A stretch of 47,546 nucleotides of DNA, the filler included, from Catajapyx aquilonaris (lineage: Eukaryota): NCBI GenBank assembly GCA_000934665.2. It is 2 parts of 2 records of this genome, joined end to end, with 100 filler letters (N's around TTAATTAATTAA, not from the genome) between each part and the next. Parts side by side here need not be neighbours in the genome. Positions count along the whole stretch, not along the records: positions 1 to 23,571 come from JYFJ02005659.1; 1 more part is not named here. One strand, 5' to 3'. Every line of letters begins with the position of its first letter. Position 1 is the first letter of the stretch. The notes beneath the pieces are model-generated. The model was not told the DNA's origin, ran no database searches, and saw only the letters and a list, made by a program, of their open reading frames with translations. Shown here piece by piece: positions 1-13,160 of the stretch. Both the position numbers and the translations under genes were made by a program.

Positions 1-100
1 CGGCCCCAGACTCTATGGATCTGGGAGCCGGACATTGTTGGTTTGTTGCCCACAGGTGGTAAGGCCTCTTTGGCTAATTACACCTGCAATTCCTTTTTAT

Positions 101-530
101 CTATTGAGATACAAGTATCGGGACGGGGGTCCGGATACGGCGAGCCATGAGCAGCTCTGCAGGGCTGTGGCCGTTGCTCAAAGGAGTCGCTCTGAATGAC
201 ATGAGGGCGAAATAGGGATTAATAGATTTACGTATCAATGCCTTTGTTATCTTCACAGCGGCTTCGGCTTTTCGGGAATTTGGAGCTGGAAGTAATGTTC
301 TGGAATCCATATTCCCTCGCAAATGTCGTAAACTCGGAAGTCCTCAGTGGCTGGAACTGTGGTCCGTTGTCGCTCCGGACTGACTGAGGAACTCCGTGCC
401 GGGCAAATATTGATTTGCAGTGTTGTATGACGTGGGCTGCAGTCAGAGACTTCAGGAGAGCGACTTCTGGATAGCGTGAGTAGTATAGTCGGTGATTCCC
501 AAATACCAACTCCCTCCCTTGGCTCTTGCG
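101..530 (-). mobile_element. Ty3/Gypsy integrase core fragment, frameshifted
   Basis: Two overlapping ORFs read YYSRYPEVALL...IFARHGVPQSVRSDNGPQF...EFTTFAREYGF, then AEAAVKITKALIRK...LMSFRATPLSNGHSPAELLMARRIRT. This is the typical rve integrase core, split by a frameshift near 270-290. Confidence 0.9.
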
Positions 531-1336
531 AGGGTCCGTGGCTAAATCACTTGATGCTATAGTAGTATTGTGTAATGTACATGGCTGGACATAATAATAG
601 CAGTCCCTTGGACATTTTTCCATTTGCATTGTGCCCATGTAGAAATTGTTAAAAAAAAATGTAACTTATGCACTGAAATGAAAATGGACATGCTGAAATA
701 AATTGAACAAGTCTGGAAATTATTCTCCACTGTCCCCATACTTTGTTTCATACTCCAGCTTAGTCATTTTTACTTTAAACAGGTCCATCTGCTTTATAGT
801 TCATGTGCCTCATAGTTTCTGCAAAAGAGATGCAGAAATGTTCGCAATCATCAAGGTTAGACAGTTATCATGACATTGACTTGTGTGAGAATAGCATCTT
901 CTATTACGTCAAGCTTCTTTTACTTAAAGGCATGTTGACGCACTCACGAAATGAGCCAAATTCGCACGAGAAGACGCTTTGCGAACGAGAAAAGGAGGTT
1001 TCCCTAGGTTTTCTCGTACGAGCTCCAGCACTTGCGACCATATCTGTTTGGTAGAGGTTTTCTCGTCTTGGAAAGCAGGAATTCGTATCCATTGCTCCCC
1101 CGCTTTTCCCCTCTCACACTTCACCTGGGCCAATCCGAGCCTTCCCCCTCTGCCAACTCTCCAAGGCGGGTCTCGCCTGATGCATGAGACTTCCATTTGA
1201 GGGCTGAATCTGTTACGTTCTGTTGAATTTGCGAGTCGTTCATTGCCAGGTTCAGTAGTGTTCCGGCTTTAAGGATGTCTCCATCATCATCATACCAGCT
1301 TTCACCATCATCCCGGCTCCTGTCGTCATCCCACCG

Positions 1337-1657
1337 CTATCATTGGCCTCGTCGTTATCTGACCTATTTGGCCGTCACTCTACTGGAACAATCTTGTTCA
1401 GCTGTTGATGATGTGACAAATTCAGTCGCGATTTGGTGTTGCAAATAAGGGACTTTGTCTGAGCAGTTAATGTGTTGCCTGACACCATTCCTCATCAGTC
1501 ATCAGGTATCCAAGCAAGTCCGTCATGTTGCGACAAATTTTCTATTGTTGTTACTACAGTATTATCGTTATTCATAACTTGCCTGGTGTATCTTGTCGTA
1601 GGAATAGTCTACTAGGGATCAGCTTGGTTTACCCCGCAGCCAATTGCTTGTATTATG
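1337..1657. repeat. Dispersed ~320-bp repeat, copy 1 (probable decayed retroelement segment)
   Basis: Near-identical to 8959-9288 from CTATCATTGGCCTCGTCG to GCTTGTATTATG, with small indels. Confidence 0.9.
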
Positions 1658-4600
1658 CCACAACTAGCGGACAGTTGCAGTACGCTTTCCCGAAATTTCT
1701 TCGTCTGTGATTTGAAGCCAAACTACATGATTGTGTTAAAATCGACCGGAACTCGGTGGGTGTGTATTGTTAGTTTTATACTCACTGTGATCTTACGACA
1801 ACAGTCGTCATTGACAGTCAGCTGTCATTTAGAGGCCATTTTACTTGACTCGACCAATACAAACCAACAAAAGAAATATATGCAGTTGTTTAAAAAAAAT
1901 TCTGAACCAGTTTTATTTCAATTTCATTTTTATATTAATTAAACACGGATATTTTGTATGCGTCATTAAGTATGACCAGTATGCTGTCATCAGAATAATA
2001 TTTGATAGTGACATTACCTATTCCCTGGTGTTCACGCACACTACGCCTCGCGCGCAGATAATACGGCAATAACTTACTGAATGTCTGAACTTTTTATTTG
2101 TTTCTACAAAAGGGATAACCCATTCAGCCTAGGTAACCCGCCTTAACAATAATTAACGGGACTTTTACTTTCTAATTAGAATTTCCCTTTGGTATTATAG
2201 GGCATCGAGGGTCTCGGGATATTTCCAATTCTCTTCGTCATTTGACATCATTTGGACGATTCAGCAACAGTGGGGTTTTAGCCCTGTTTCTAATCCCATA
2301 ATGTTTTGAATACCCGGACTTATTGAGAGCCAACCCCAGCACTATACGTCTGTCGTTACTGATCTTCAAAAATCAACAACTCACACACAGCTAGTAAAGT
2401 TGTTGCATAGTTGGGAATGTTTGTCGTCACATTTCATCTGTGCTTCTCAGTGTAGCCTTCCTTTGGCACCCTACCAGCATCGATTATTATATGTGCTGCT
2501 ACGTGCTACCTAATTGCATAAAGTGAGCAATTATAACAACAGAGAAAAACTTCATGGTTACTTTGTGCACAGTGACTTACTCTTGCTGGGAAATGATGCT
2601 GTGACAGGATTTATCACGGTAACATTTGTGTCACCACAATCTAGACAAATATTAACTGCATTTCTTTCCTCTTTGTTCTTGTACTGAATTCCATTAGCAA
2701 TGACCTGTCTCAGGTACATGATCACATTTCGTGTTGGAATGATTCGCGAGATGTAATTTTTTAAAGTCACCAGCTTCCCCGTACTTTCACACGATAATTT
2801 GATGTAACATTTGTCGGCGTTATTAGGGGTGAGGTCTACTTTCTCGTCTAGTCCGTCATAAGCTAGCTCACAACCACCTGCCTAATATACATCCTGTAAA
2901 AAGTACTTACAATTTTGTGTTGGTATTTGTCAAGGCAAGATGAAGCATGGACCTGTACATATTGCATGTGCGCTATTACTGTGTTATTGTCAGTAAATAA
3001 ATAAATAAGGAATTATTGCAAAATTTTGTCACCCTTCCTCACTGCTTAGCAGTTGTTTGATGTGAGTCTAAAGCATTAAGCTCGATTGTAAGCTCAAGCC
3101 ATAGGTCCTCCCCGTTCGAGACGGTTATGCGAGGCGAAAGGTCTGCTCACGCTTTTCCTGGTCAGGGTTGCGCTCCATGAGCTTCAACTTGCAGAGGTTT
3201 TGTGTGGATAGGGGCTGATCCCCACCCTTCGTACCATGCAGTTTGAGAATGATAGTCATTTTGCATTTTAGTGCGATAATATTTAATGTCTTGCAGTTGA
3301 TTTTTCACATCTGGTAACATGCCATGACATCAGCCTCCTCCAGTGAATGGCTTCTTCTTCATGAAATTGGCACCATTTTATTATAGGAATACCTGAAGGA
3401 TGCCAGGTGTGCTCTAAATCTATTTTTATGGCAATCGTGCGGAGTCCTTAGGCAATGAAATAATTTATGCAAATGACTGATCGCATGTCAATCAATGGCT
3501 TTATTTATCTTAAGTTGGTCGGCCTGCAGCAACGGCCACTTTGCCGACCAAGTACAAAATCATCATCATAATCTTAATCTGATCGCATGTTGTTTCGTGT
3601 TCTACGAGTCTACGATGCGATGTAGTTGTTGGGTTCAAATGTTCAAATTCTTGGGTGCTCAGAGCATCCTGCATAATTATCTGGATGCAGTAGCCATGGG
3701 GGCAATTTTACTCATGACATTCCTGAGGCGTAGTTGTCTTTGGATAGCTTGGATGTGTATGGTGTGAATATGCGTTAGGTGAAAATACATACCTGCACTG
3801 ATTCGTTCTGCAACATATGCAGTGGCTTCAGTATTAAGTGGTGTGGCATGCTGGCCCCCAACGATTGCAGATTCTAAGGAGTTCCTCAAGAGCTTCCATG
3901 GCATCTCCATATGCTATCACAGAGATAAAATTTCTGGAGGTATCCAATTGTGCTTTGCCAATTGTTAGGTCCTAAATTATGTGGTTATTATTATTATGCA
4001 CCTTTTACACTTATGAGTCATTGTTTTAATCATTAAGTCAGACTACTACTCTTGACTGAATAATGTAACTGGCAATATTTATGCAATATGATTGTATGTC
4101 ATCTACAGCTGGGAAGTTATGCCAATATTTGGTGGGGTCAATACATAGCACAATGTAGCAACAATGCTGAGTACTGTCTACATGTGGTATCTCACATTTT
4201 TCTTCCAGTTCGGTGACAATTTACTCACCTGTTTGTCTCGATTATATTCGTTTCCCATAGTGCGAAGTCCATTGTTCTTCGCACACGACGCAGTATGCGT
4301 GCTGGGGCTGTACTGTTTGTGACATTCTGGCCGGCAGAAGCAGATGGAGAGTTGGTGGCAGTGTCCATAACAGCCCACCTCAACTCGCTCTCTTTTCCCG
4401 TGCTCTTTTAGCTGGCCCGCTATCCCCGGGTGGGCAGTGTTGCCGAATTTTGGGAAGAGTTCACTAATAATAATAATAAAAAATTTCAAACTAATCTTAG
4501 GAGGGCTAAACAACCTGCATGGCGTTGCTCTTGACCATTTTAAATGAATTTATTTATTTAAATGGGGCTACTTTAGTCCCAACGATGAATGGTAAACTTC

Positions 4601-5818
4601 ATGTCATAGGATTGCAACTGACGCGTCAATCTATCACATTTTGTAGAATTAAGGTTCACTCTTATAGTCGTCGGAGACTATCTTCCTTGAGTGCAGGGCT
4701 TCCAGTCTTACTACTTTTTGCAAAAGTTCACTGCATATGTAAGTATATGAGGTGAATATGACTGGCATTGCATGATCCACATCAAAAGTTATCGGAATAA
4801 CTATAATGCCGAGGAAGGGATATTATTTCTTTAATGCGTATGTATTTTTTATTAACAATTTATGGAGTTGGCATTATTATGATATGTAGGTTGTGAGGAA
4901 TTAATATCGAGATAATATCCCCTGACTCGTAGGTGAGTATCTGATCCCTTTCGCGTAAGGAGGGTGAGAAACTTAAAATGGAATTGTTTCTTCAGCAGGG
5001 GAAGGGATCTACCTCTTTCAAAGGGTCAGAGGGCAACACGTGACATCCTGAGAGTAATGTTGTGCACGTTCAGGTGCATCAAAACATAAAGATATGAATA
5101 ATATTTGGTCCCTGACACCCTGAGGCCACAAGTGAAAATTCCACTCGTGAAAACTATCTTGTTATTATCGATTTAGCCAATGGATATCCCACACTTGAAG
5201 TGAGCCTGGAACTGCAGTCCAGGTACAGATTGTAGTAATCACATACCTACTTATGTACACTGTAAAAGTGTTTTAACAACACTCGTTTTTCATGCAATGA
5301 TGCACATAGTTTTCACACTCACCTGGACACGGGTACTGGTGCTGCCTGGACATGGCTGGCGCATGGCTCCTTACACACCTGTGAGTTTGCTGGTCCTGAC
5401 TGAGGTCAGGGGTAACATCGGTTCAGTTGAGTTGTGGACACAATTTGGGCGTCCTCTGTTTTTCCATGGTATTTCTGCATGAGTCATGCCTGGCTGCATT
5501 TTTGTCGCAATATTTTACATAGTGCATGACACTTCGTTCATTCATTCATTCATTTATTTCCTTCACGGCATATTCCCATCAAGATGGGGTTACCAGCGAT
5601 GACCAGGTAGGCCTTACAGTCCACCTGGCCATCTCGAACGACCAGTATAATGAATCCTCTGGTGACTGGTCAGGCCACGCAGAGGATATAATGAATAGGA
5701 TGATAATGAAAGGGATGACATGAATACATACAGATACACAAACACACACACAATACACACATATAAATATACAAAAAACCATATAAAACTATGTAAAATC
5801 TGTGTAAAAATGAGTCTC

Positions 5819-6347
5819 CGGTGCTGAGCCATGTTGGGGATGGAACAACCACTCTTGTGACCTTCCAGTCCAACAGCCAGGCACAGAATGGATTGTTGAT
5901 GGCGATGTAAACAACGAGAACACCCAGGAAGACTCCATCCAAAGAGTTCTGCTATATTATATATACACCTAGAGGAGGTACTCGACCTGAAATGTGAGGC
6001 AGGCAACAATGCAGGCAACAATATTACCTCCAACAAGATGGCGGACGCCTGACACTATTTGAACTAATTGTCGCCCAGTTGTCATTATTGGTGGTTGTCC
6101 CAGTTGCTAGACAACTGTCAGAACAACAATATTACCTCCAACAAGATGGCGGCTACCTCAGCCTGTCTAATGGAAAAGGATAGGGAGTACCTCCTCTAGG
6201 TATTATATTATATAATAGCAGAACTCTTTGACTCCATCTCACCAGGAGGTGCTTGTTGACAGATGTCTCCTAGGCGACGGTGTTGAGCCATGTTGGGGTT
6301 GGAACAACCACTCTTGTGACCTTCCAGTCCAGCAGCCAGGCACAGAA
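5819..6347. repeat. Two ~70-bp direct repeats (5819-5888 and 6278-6347), separated by a MITE insertion
   Basis: CGGTGYTGAGCCATGTTGGGG...CAGCCAGGCACAGAA occurs twice. Confidence 0.85.
5940..6230. mobile_element. MITE with CAAAGAG termini and 8-bp TSD (P-element/hAT-like)
   Basis: ~44-bp TIRs CAAAGAGTTCTGCTAT...GGAGGTACTC / GAGTACCTCC...ATAGCAGAACTCTTTG. TSD ACTCCATC at 5932-5939 and 6231-6238. An internal repeat AACAATATTACCTCCAACAAGATGGCGG occurs twice. Confidence 0.85.
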
Positions 6348-7199
6348 GGTGCTTCGAACAATTAAGACAGAAGAGAGATTTTAGGTGCAAAAGCTGTAGG
6401 GAGGAATATTAAGAAATCAAAAATATACACGATCACATGGAGTTGAAGAAAGTGTTACAATATTTTTTAATTCATCCGGTTTCGTCACGTACTCCGCAGG
6501 GATGCAATTACTTAATGCATCCAGTGATGTCGCCTAAGAGCCCGTATGTAGCAAAGTAACAGTCATTAAGTTTCCAATATTGGCTGACTGTGATCTCACA
6601 TGAAATGCTTTTCTGGTAGGGCTATATTGTCTCCAGTCAGCATGAGGTGGTCCTCGACACTTAGGGGATATATCCAATCCAAATGCGAATCAGTTTGCGA
6701 CCATCTGCGCAGCCTGAGTCAAGCTGTATTCCTCGTAGCTGTTATAATAGTGTCCACCAATTTAGCTGCTTCATCTCTCTCTCTTCTCCCTATTGACTTG
6801 GTTGTCTTGAGTGTTGAATATGTGAGTATTTCATGGAGTAATCTTTTAATTTAATTACTACGAGAGCCCAGTATGACTCTTTCCAGCATTCGCTCGAATT
6901 ATTACGCGGTCTTAGGTATGTAATCTTTTAATGCTATGTACAAAATGGTGCTCTATTGTCAGGTGGAATTGCTGCTATCGTAACTAATTACCAATCGGTG
7001 TGTTGTTTGCATTGCAGATTATTAGGTCATGACCTTATTTGTAGTTATTGACCCGTGAGAGAGCATGTAGGAAACATGATCGATTTAACAATGAGCATTC
7101 ATGTCAGCCCCGCATCGCTGATGACACGCAACACCTCTGATATTTTTGGAATTCCGAGCCATACACCAGATAACGTCCCAATCCAGATCACAAGTTGTG

Positions 7200-7280
7200 A
7201 AAATATTTCATTACCTTGTCCATGAGACGGGTGAAAGTAGCCGGCGAGTTGCAGAGCCCAAAAGGCAACCTGTTAAAGCT
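7200..7280 (-). mobile_element. Gypsy reverse transcriptase fragment
   Basis: Translation FNRLPFGLCNSPATFTRLMDKVM matches the conserved (M/L)PFGLxNxPxTF RT motif. Confidence 0.75.
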
Positions 7281-7764
7281 ATCTCCTGACGATCCTCCTC
7301 GGCTGCTTCCATTCAATGACAAGGAAAATCTCAACATTAATACTCTATTTGCCATTCGCGTATTTTTTTTTGGTGACATTTTCTAAATACCTGGTGTCAA
7401 ACTATGCACTGGCCGGAAGAATAAGGCAATAATGTATCGTAGTGCATTTTTTTTTCAAGTTACTCCGGAATCCTGCCGATCTGAATGTCCTCCGGGTTGT
7501 ATCAAATGTCCGAGTCTTGCATAAACGGCATCCTTTGAGTTTCAGGCCAAGTACGTAGATTATTCCGGTATTATGGTACAGCACTTGGGCTACTGCTGTG
7601 CATTTGAAATACAACTTCTAAAAGTAAAATATTTTTGCGTCACTGTTTGTCGTCATTAAATGTGGCGCAGTTTGCTTCGAAAAGCCTAGTTTTATTGATC
7701 CGTTACCTCACAGTACGACGTATAATTTAAAGCAGTGGCCAACAAGAGATATGTATAGGATGAT

Positions 7765-8053
7765 TATAATAATAATAATATCATACCCCATTGAAGCCGT
7801 TCTGGCTTTTTAGGGGGGAGATTTGTTTTTTTTTTGGGCTGGAACTCTTGTAAACTTTATTTCGCTTTTTGGGACGGGATAGGGATGGAAGGAGGCGGCT
7901 GTGGCCTATTAACTAGGAAACAACTCCGGTATTCACCTGGAGGAACCGTGGAAAACCACGGTCAGAGTTGCCGGCACCGGGATTCGAACCTCGAACCCAG
8001 GACCTCCCGATTAGCAGGCTGACTCCATATCCACTACACCAACCTGCTTCGGT
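7765..8053 (-). mobile_element. tRNA-derived SINE, family A
   Basis: Minus-strand head ACCGAAGCAGGTTGGTGTAGTGG (A box) ... GGTTCGAG (B box), central GGCCACAGCCGC motif and TTA-repeat tail. TSD GTATAGGATGAT at 7753-7764 and 8055-8066. Homologous to 37266-37494 and 40791-41210. Confidence 0.88.
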
Positions 8054-8189
8054 AGTATAGGATGATCATGCAGTATTAAATTATTCACTACATGTCTAAT
8101 GCAAAGGTACCAGTTCACGAAAGGGATTTGTTTAACTAGGCTTATTCTGTGAAGGTATGGTCACTTGCAACTGGCGACGGGTCTTCAGT

Positions 8190-8430
8190 GAATATTCCAA
8201 AAGACATGTGAACTTTTGATGATCCTGGAATCAGTCATTTCCTGTGGGCATTACGCGGACAGTGTCAGCGGCTGCAACAATGCGCCCAGTCAGTTCCTCT
8301 GATGAGGATACCGGATCTTCGTAGACCAAGGTACTCCGTTGACCTCAGAAAAAGAACCGACGGGGGTCATGTCTGGTGACCGTGCAGGTCATGCGACGGG
8401 TCTACCGCGTCCGATCCTGGTCTGGAAAAA
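8190..8430 (-). mobile_element. Tc1/mariner transposase C-terminal remnant
   Basis: Translation RIGRGRPVA*PARSPDMTP...LVYEDPVSSSEELTGRIVAAA matches WIGRGG..WPARSPDLTP..VY; contains a stop and a frameshift. Confidence 0.75.
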
Positions 8431-8958
8431 TGTTTTCAACTGAAAGAGATATACAAAGTGTACAAACAATGGAAACACTTACCCAAATATATGTTCATCC
8501 TTCATTTGGTAAATTGGGATGGAGGAGACAGATAAAAACTTGTTGAAAGACCACTGGCAGCTCTCTTGTTGTTGGCATGGTCTTCCTCAACAAGGAGGTC
8601 AGGATGTTCATGACAGAAGCAGGATACTTGGAGGCGAAATGAATGCAGCTAATCATGCTATTGATGAAGGTGTAAGCTTCCAAAACTCATAAGCTGTAGG
8701 CCGCTGTACATTCAAAGGCACGCAGTCTTGTTTGTTGGAACATTAGCATGTTGGAGTGCAGTGATCCAAGAGTAATTTGGCAGAAAATTGTGGAAGATGC
8801 TGTGTTGTGCCAGGGATAAAGGAATTAAACTTATGCCATTAGAAGTGTTCGTCGAATGTCTTGAAGTATCTTGGTCGTTTTTTGTTGTTATGATTGTAGG
8901 TTTGCAGCTAACGGATGGGATTGGTTTTGGACCCACACTTGGGTATCTTGGTTCACCT

Positions 8959-9288
8959 CTATCATTGGCCTCGTCGTTATCTGACCTATTGGGTTGTGTT
9001 GTTCTCCTAGCCTTCACTCTACTGGAAAAATCTTGTTCAGCTGTTGATGATGTGACAAATTCAGTCGCGATTTGGTATTCGGAATAATGGAGAGCTTGTC
9101 TGAGCAGTTAATGTGTTGCCATTCCTCATCAGGTATCCAAGCAAGTCCGTCATGTTGCGACAAATTTTTTATTGTTGTTACTACAGTATTATCGTTATTC
9201 ATAACTTGCCTGGTGTATCTTGTCGTAGGAATATAGTCTACTATAGGGATCAGCTTGGTTTACCCCGCAGCCAATTGCTTGTATTATG
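8959..9288. repeat. Dispersed ~320-bp repeat, copy 2
   Basis: Same orientation as, and near-identical to, 1337-1657. Confidence 0.9.
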
Positions 9289-9899
9289 GTCATAATGAAC
9301 TTTTTTGGATGGTGGAGCGCATTCTCATCGTTTTGATGTCCTTTTTTGTGATCCACCTACTGTTTGGGGCAATATGAAAAGGAGGTCGGCAATGTGGGGA
9401 TCTTGCTTGTCTTTGTCTTTTGTATACATATTTGCTATTGAAGGCCTAATTTCAGGAGGTTAACAAGTTGTTACCAGTTATATTGTAATATCATCGCGGT
9501 TTTGTCTTTAATAAGGCAAAGCTCCAAAATGCTTTCTGGAACATTCTGCCGTGGTGTAAGATCCTGAACAATAAAACAGGTTGTGTACAGCATTTCACTT
9601 ATTGTATCGTTATGCAGTTTCAAGTCGGCCTACTTGTTCAGAGGTCCATTCCATGGTGTCGACGCAAGGGCAGGTTGACCTGCATCCAGCACGAGAAAGA
9701 ATCACCTGACAGCACTCTGGCCTGGTGATGAGCAAAGTTCCCCCTTTTCAAAGGCATTTCCGTGGATATCAGGCAGAGTCCCAGGTACGCTTAATTGTTT
9801 TCAGGCAATGACAAAAGATAGCAAAAATGTCTGTTCGCATGACGTCTTGTGCTCCGTCTGTAGATTATATGGTTGGGTTCAAACGTTCTTGAGTGGTAT

Positions 9900-12800
9900 C
9901 TGAAAAGGTGGGGTCAATCCACCACAAAAACTATGAAGTCAGGCTTAGGGTTGCAGAGGTTATGGATGTTTACAGATTTTTGCAGTTAAGAGGTGGCCAG
10001 TGAAAAACTTGCTCTGTCGTCTCATTCCAGTCACGTTGGCTGCCAAGGTTTTGCATACATACTGTGATAATATTGTCATAGAAGGTTGTCTGCGTGATGT
10101 CCAGTGCGTGGCACTTATGCTGGGACCTCTTGTGTTTCACAGGTTTTTATTTCCTTGTCTCATTGAAATCTTATCTGTCATGTTACGTCCAACGGGGCAT
10201 AAGTACTGGGCATGAGCGACATTGTACATTATTGTGTAAATGAGGGTGAACTAGTTAAGACTAGCCTTGAACTCATAACAGTATGGAGCAGTCTCTATAG
10301 CCCCAGTTACACATATTACTGAAAGATTTCACGCCACACAGTGGATTGTGAAGAAGGAGCTCTCGTTGTCAGGTTTATTGGAAGTGTGTGGTGCTTTATG
10401 ACGCGGCGATATCCCATAATAATTGCTTAGGTGTTATTTTCAAATTATTCCCAGGCATTTTCATGTTGTCTTGAAATATATGCGTGGTGCGTGAGTGAGC
10501 ATGTACAGTACAACAGTCCACTATTACTTTTTTTTATATTTCTGTTTCTGTTCATGGTAGGCAATTGTGCTCTAAACCTAATGACATAATTATGTACAAC
10601 ATGAATACCTGACAGTACTTTCATCGAAATGTCCATGTAATTTATATTTTATTTAAATACTTTTAATGCTCACAATTGGGCCCTTCTGGCATTGCATCGT
10701 TCCTGTAGCTTAAATATGGCGAAATATACCGTCTTATTAGGGGTCCTTCAGGGGGGAGAACAACTGTGTCAGCCCAACCCCCTGGTGAGTGGGACGTCAC
10801 AAGTAGATGCAGCTAGGATCACCGGGGACAGTGCTCAACCAAACCATGGGCAGCATCCTGACTTCTATATTGTATGAAAAATATGTAAGATAAAATGAAT
10901 GAATGATTTATGATATACAGGAGACACATTATTCACTTCAGAGTAATTACACATTATGTTTAATTATATTTAATGTTTTTTTTGGTATCCCATGTCACCT
11001 AGGTCTACCTCATAAAGTAGCAAGTGACCAATATAAATACAGATACACAAGCATTATCCGACGAGTTGTGCAAAATCCACAGCCTGTGCAAAACCATTTA
11101 AAATTCACCATGGCGCAATAGCTATCAAGTGGGGCTCAAAGGAGTAATTATATCGTCTGCAGAAAGGCGGAATCCACATGTGAATGACTTCCGCTACTGA
11201 ATGGCTTGATGTGAAGGGCCTTCAATGTGATAGGTAGGTGCCGTCAAGGTTCTCATTCTTGCGTCTCTGCTCCGACGAAGGAATGCAGCGTGGGACCTTT
11301 TCCCCCCCCCAGGAGTGACCTCCAGCCATCATGTGCATTGATTAATGTAGGTTTTGATTAAGAGTAGTCTTCGAACTGAATTATAATTTATACAATCTTG
11401 CCCCAGGTGTGCGTAGTTTTGCAGGTTTTTAGGCAGGATTTTTCTACTGAAAGTCTTATCATTTGATGATCTATTCAACACCAACATTGTTTTCATTACA
11501 CGCTATTAGTGGGCGGACTGGAGAGTGGGGCGTCTTAGAGTGCGATGTTGGTCAGAAAAATATTCATAGAGTAGCAGATAATGCTGATTACATGAATAGA
11601 AATTTCACATTAATTTCTGTCTGCCTTGAAAAACTCTCTTCTGTTCTTGACAGAGCTTTGCAGAATACTTTTGAAATCGCGAGACATAATTTCGGCAATA
11701 TTTTGTTAAAAGTGGCACTTAATGTCATTGAAGATTCCTGCCATAGTATACTCATTCTAATACCATATTTGCAGGGAAGAATCGATCAAGAAAAGGCAGG
11801 CTTAACATGGTCTGAGATATTGTTTTGTTACATAATTATGTGATCGTGGCATGCTGGCAAATCAGTAAACCAAGTTTATTTCAACACGTCTTTTTAGGTG
11901 GGTAACAAGGTTTTAACAACTGCAGGCGCCACTCATGAAAACCAGTAATTATTCAATTTTGGTAAGCTTCATGATCTGGTAAGACTCCTCGCGGCGAGGG
12001 TGTCGCTGCTCCCATTCACTTCGGCATCGTCTGATTTATTGCTTGATTGTTGGCACTTCCGCAACAAGGATATTGTGCAGATTTGGTTAGGTCTGGTCGT
12101 CTGTGGATGCTGATATAATATCCCCGTCAGTTTCCTTGCTCAAGATCACAGGATCTCAATATGGCAAGAAGTTCAAAGCTTCAATTGGATATAGTGCTCC
12201 CATTTGCTCATTCTTCATTGTCAACATTTGTCACAGTGAGGGAAAGGGCCAGAAAAACTATAACCACAACCGAGGCTTTGTGAAGATGACCCAAGGAGCC
12301 AAATGAAAGCATATCCGATTCACCTTCTTAATTACAGTAAGATTCAATCAATGGCCTTGGTTTCATTATTTATTAGTGCCATTGGTTGTGACGTGGGCGG
12401 CATACCATTCTCTGGTTCACAGTCCATCAAATTTTTGCAAGACCTTCCTTCTTCTTATCGTTCTTCCACAGAGTTTATCATCTACCGTCGCTCTTAGTGG
12501 TCGGGCAGTTTGCTTTCTTTCTCATTCGGTCCACCCCTAAGGCGAACTCGGGCCTTTAATATGGTGTCGTGTGGATCCTGCAGTAGTTTGTTTGAATTTT
12601 TGTTGATTTCGTTGGCCATAAGGTATGCAATATTATTGTTGCAATAACGCACGCATGGTTGGTGAAGAAAGAGGAAATGTATTGTCTTTATACGTATATT
12701 CTTTGGCTTGTTCCCACACAAAAAGTCCAGTCACATGGATTGTGTCACTTCGGAGGTCTATTGGAAACAGACCTCCACATGCATGCTTCTTTCAAGGAAA

Positions 12801-13140
12801 AAGGTTGAGGGCGTGTGGCCCACTACATCTTCAGCAGTCGTCATCCTCCCTTCTTCTTGGCGGCCTCCTGGTTATTGTCGACGAAGGTTGCGTGGTGGAA
12901 TGTTTTGGATGTTCTCGGTAGGAAGACAGTTCCTCAACTGGCTCTCGTCCTGTGTCTGTCGGCGGCCACCACACCTAGTCTGTCCTGCTTTCTTGGTATC
13001 CCGGGAGAGAGCAGCTCATGTGAACATATCCCTGCACAACAGTGCAATCATCATACTGCCAGTTTTCATAGTTCCTCGTAGCTGTAGGTGATAGGTGAAG
13101 GTTCCAACATCTGCCTCAGCAACACCAATCAAGTGCCCCA
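9900..13140 (-). mobile_element. Highly decayed non-LTR retrotransposon sequence, possibly RLE type
   Basis: Only scattered degenerate motifs in the expected order on the minus strand: NKPKNIRIKTI (like PxNYRPIT, ~12700), a GVGL (GGLG-like) motif (~10780), CET..FYDNII (CCHC/RHD-like, ~10100) and KPDFIV (~9940). There is no continuous ORF. Confidence 0.35.
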
Positions 13141-13160
13141 ATGCATAAGGCTCATTCTCA

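Noticed and set aside
3040..4450. Possible Myb-like (LWLELTIELNAL) and Sola-like (WKKNVR) transposon fragments
   Set aside because: The motifs are too short and degenerate to support a call.
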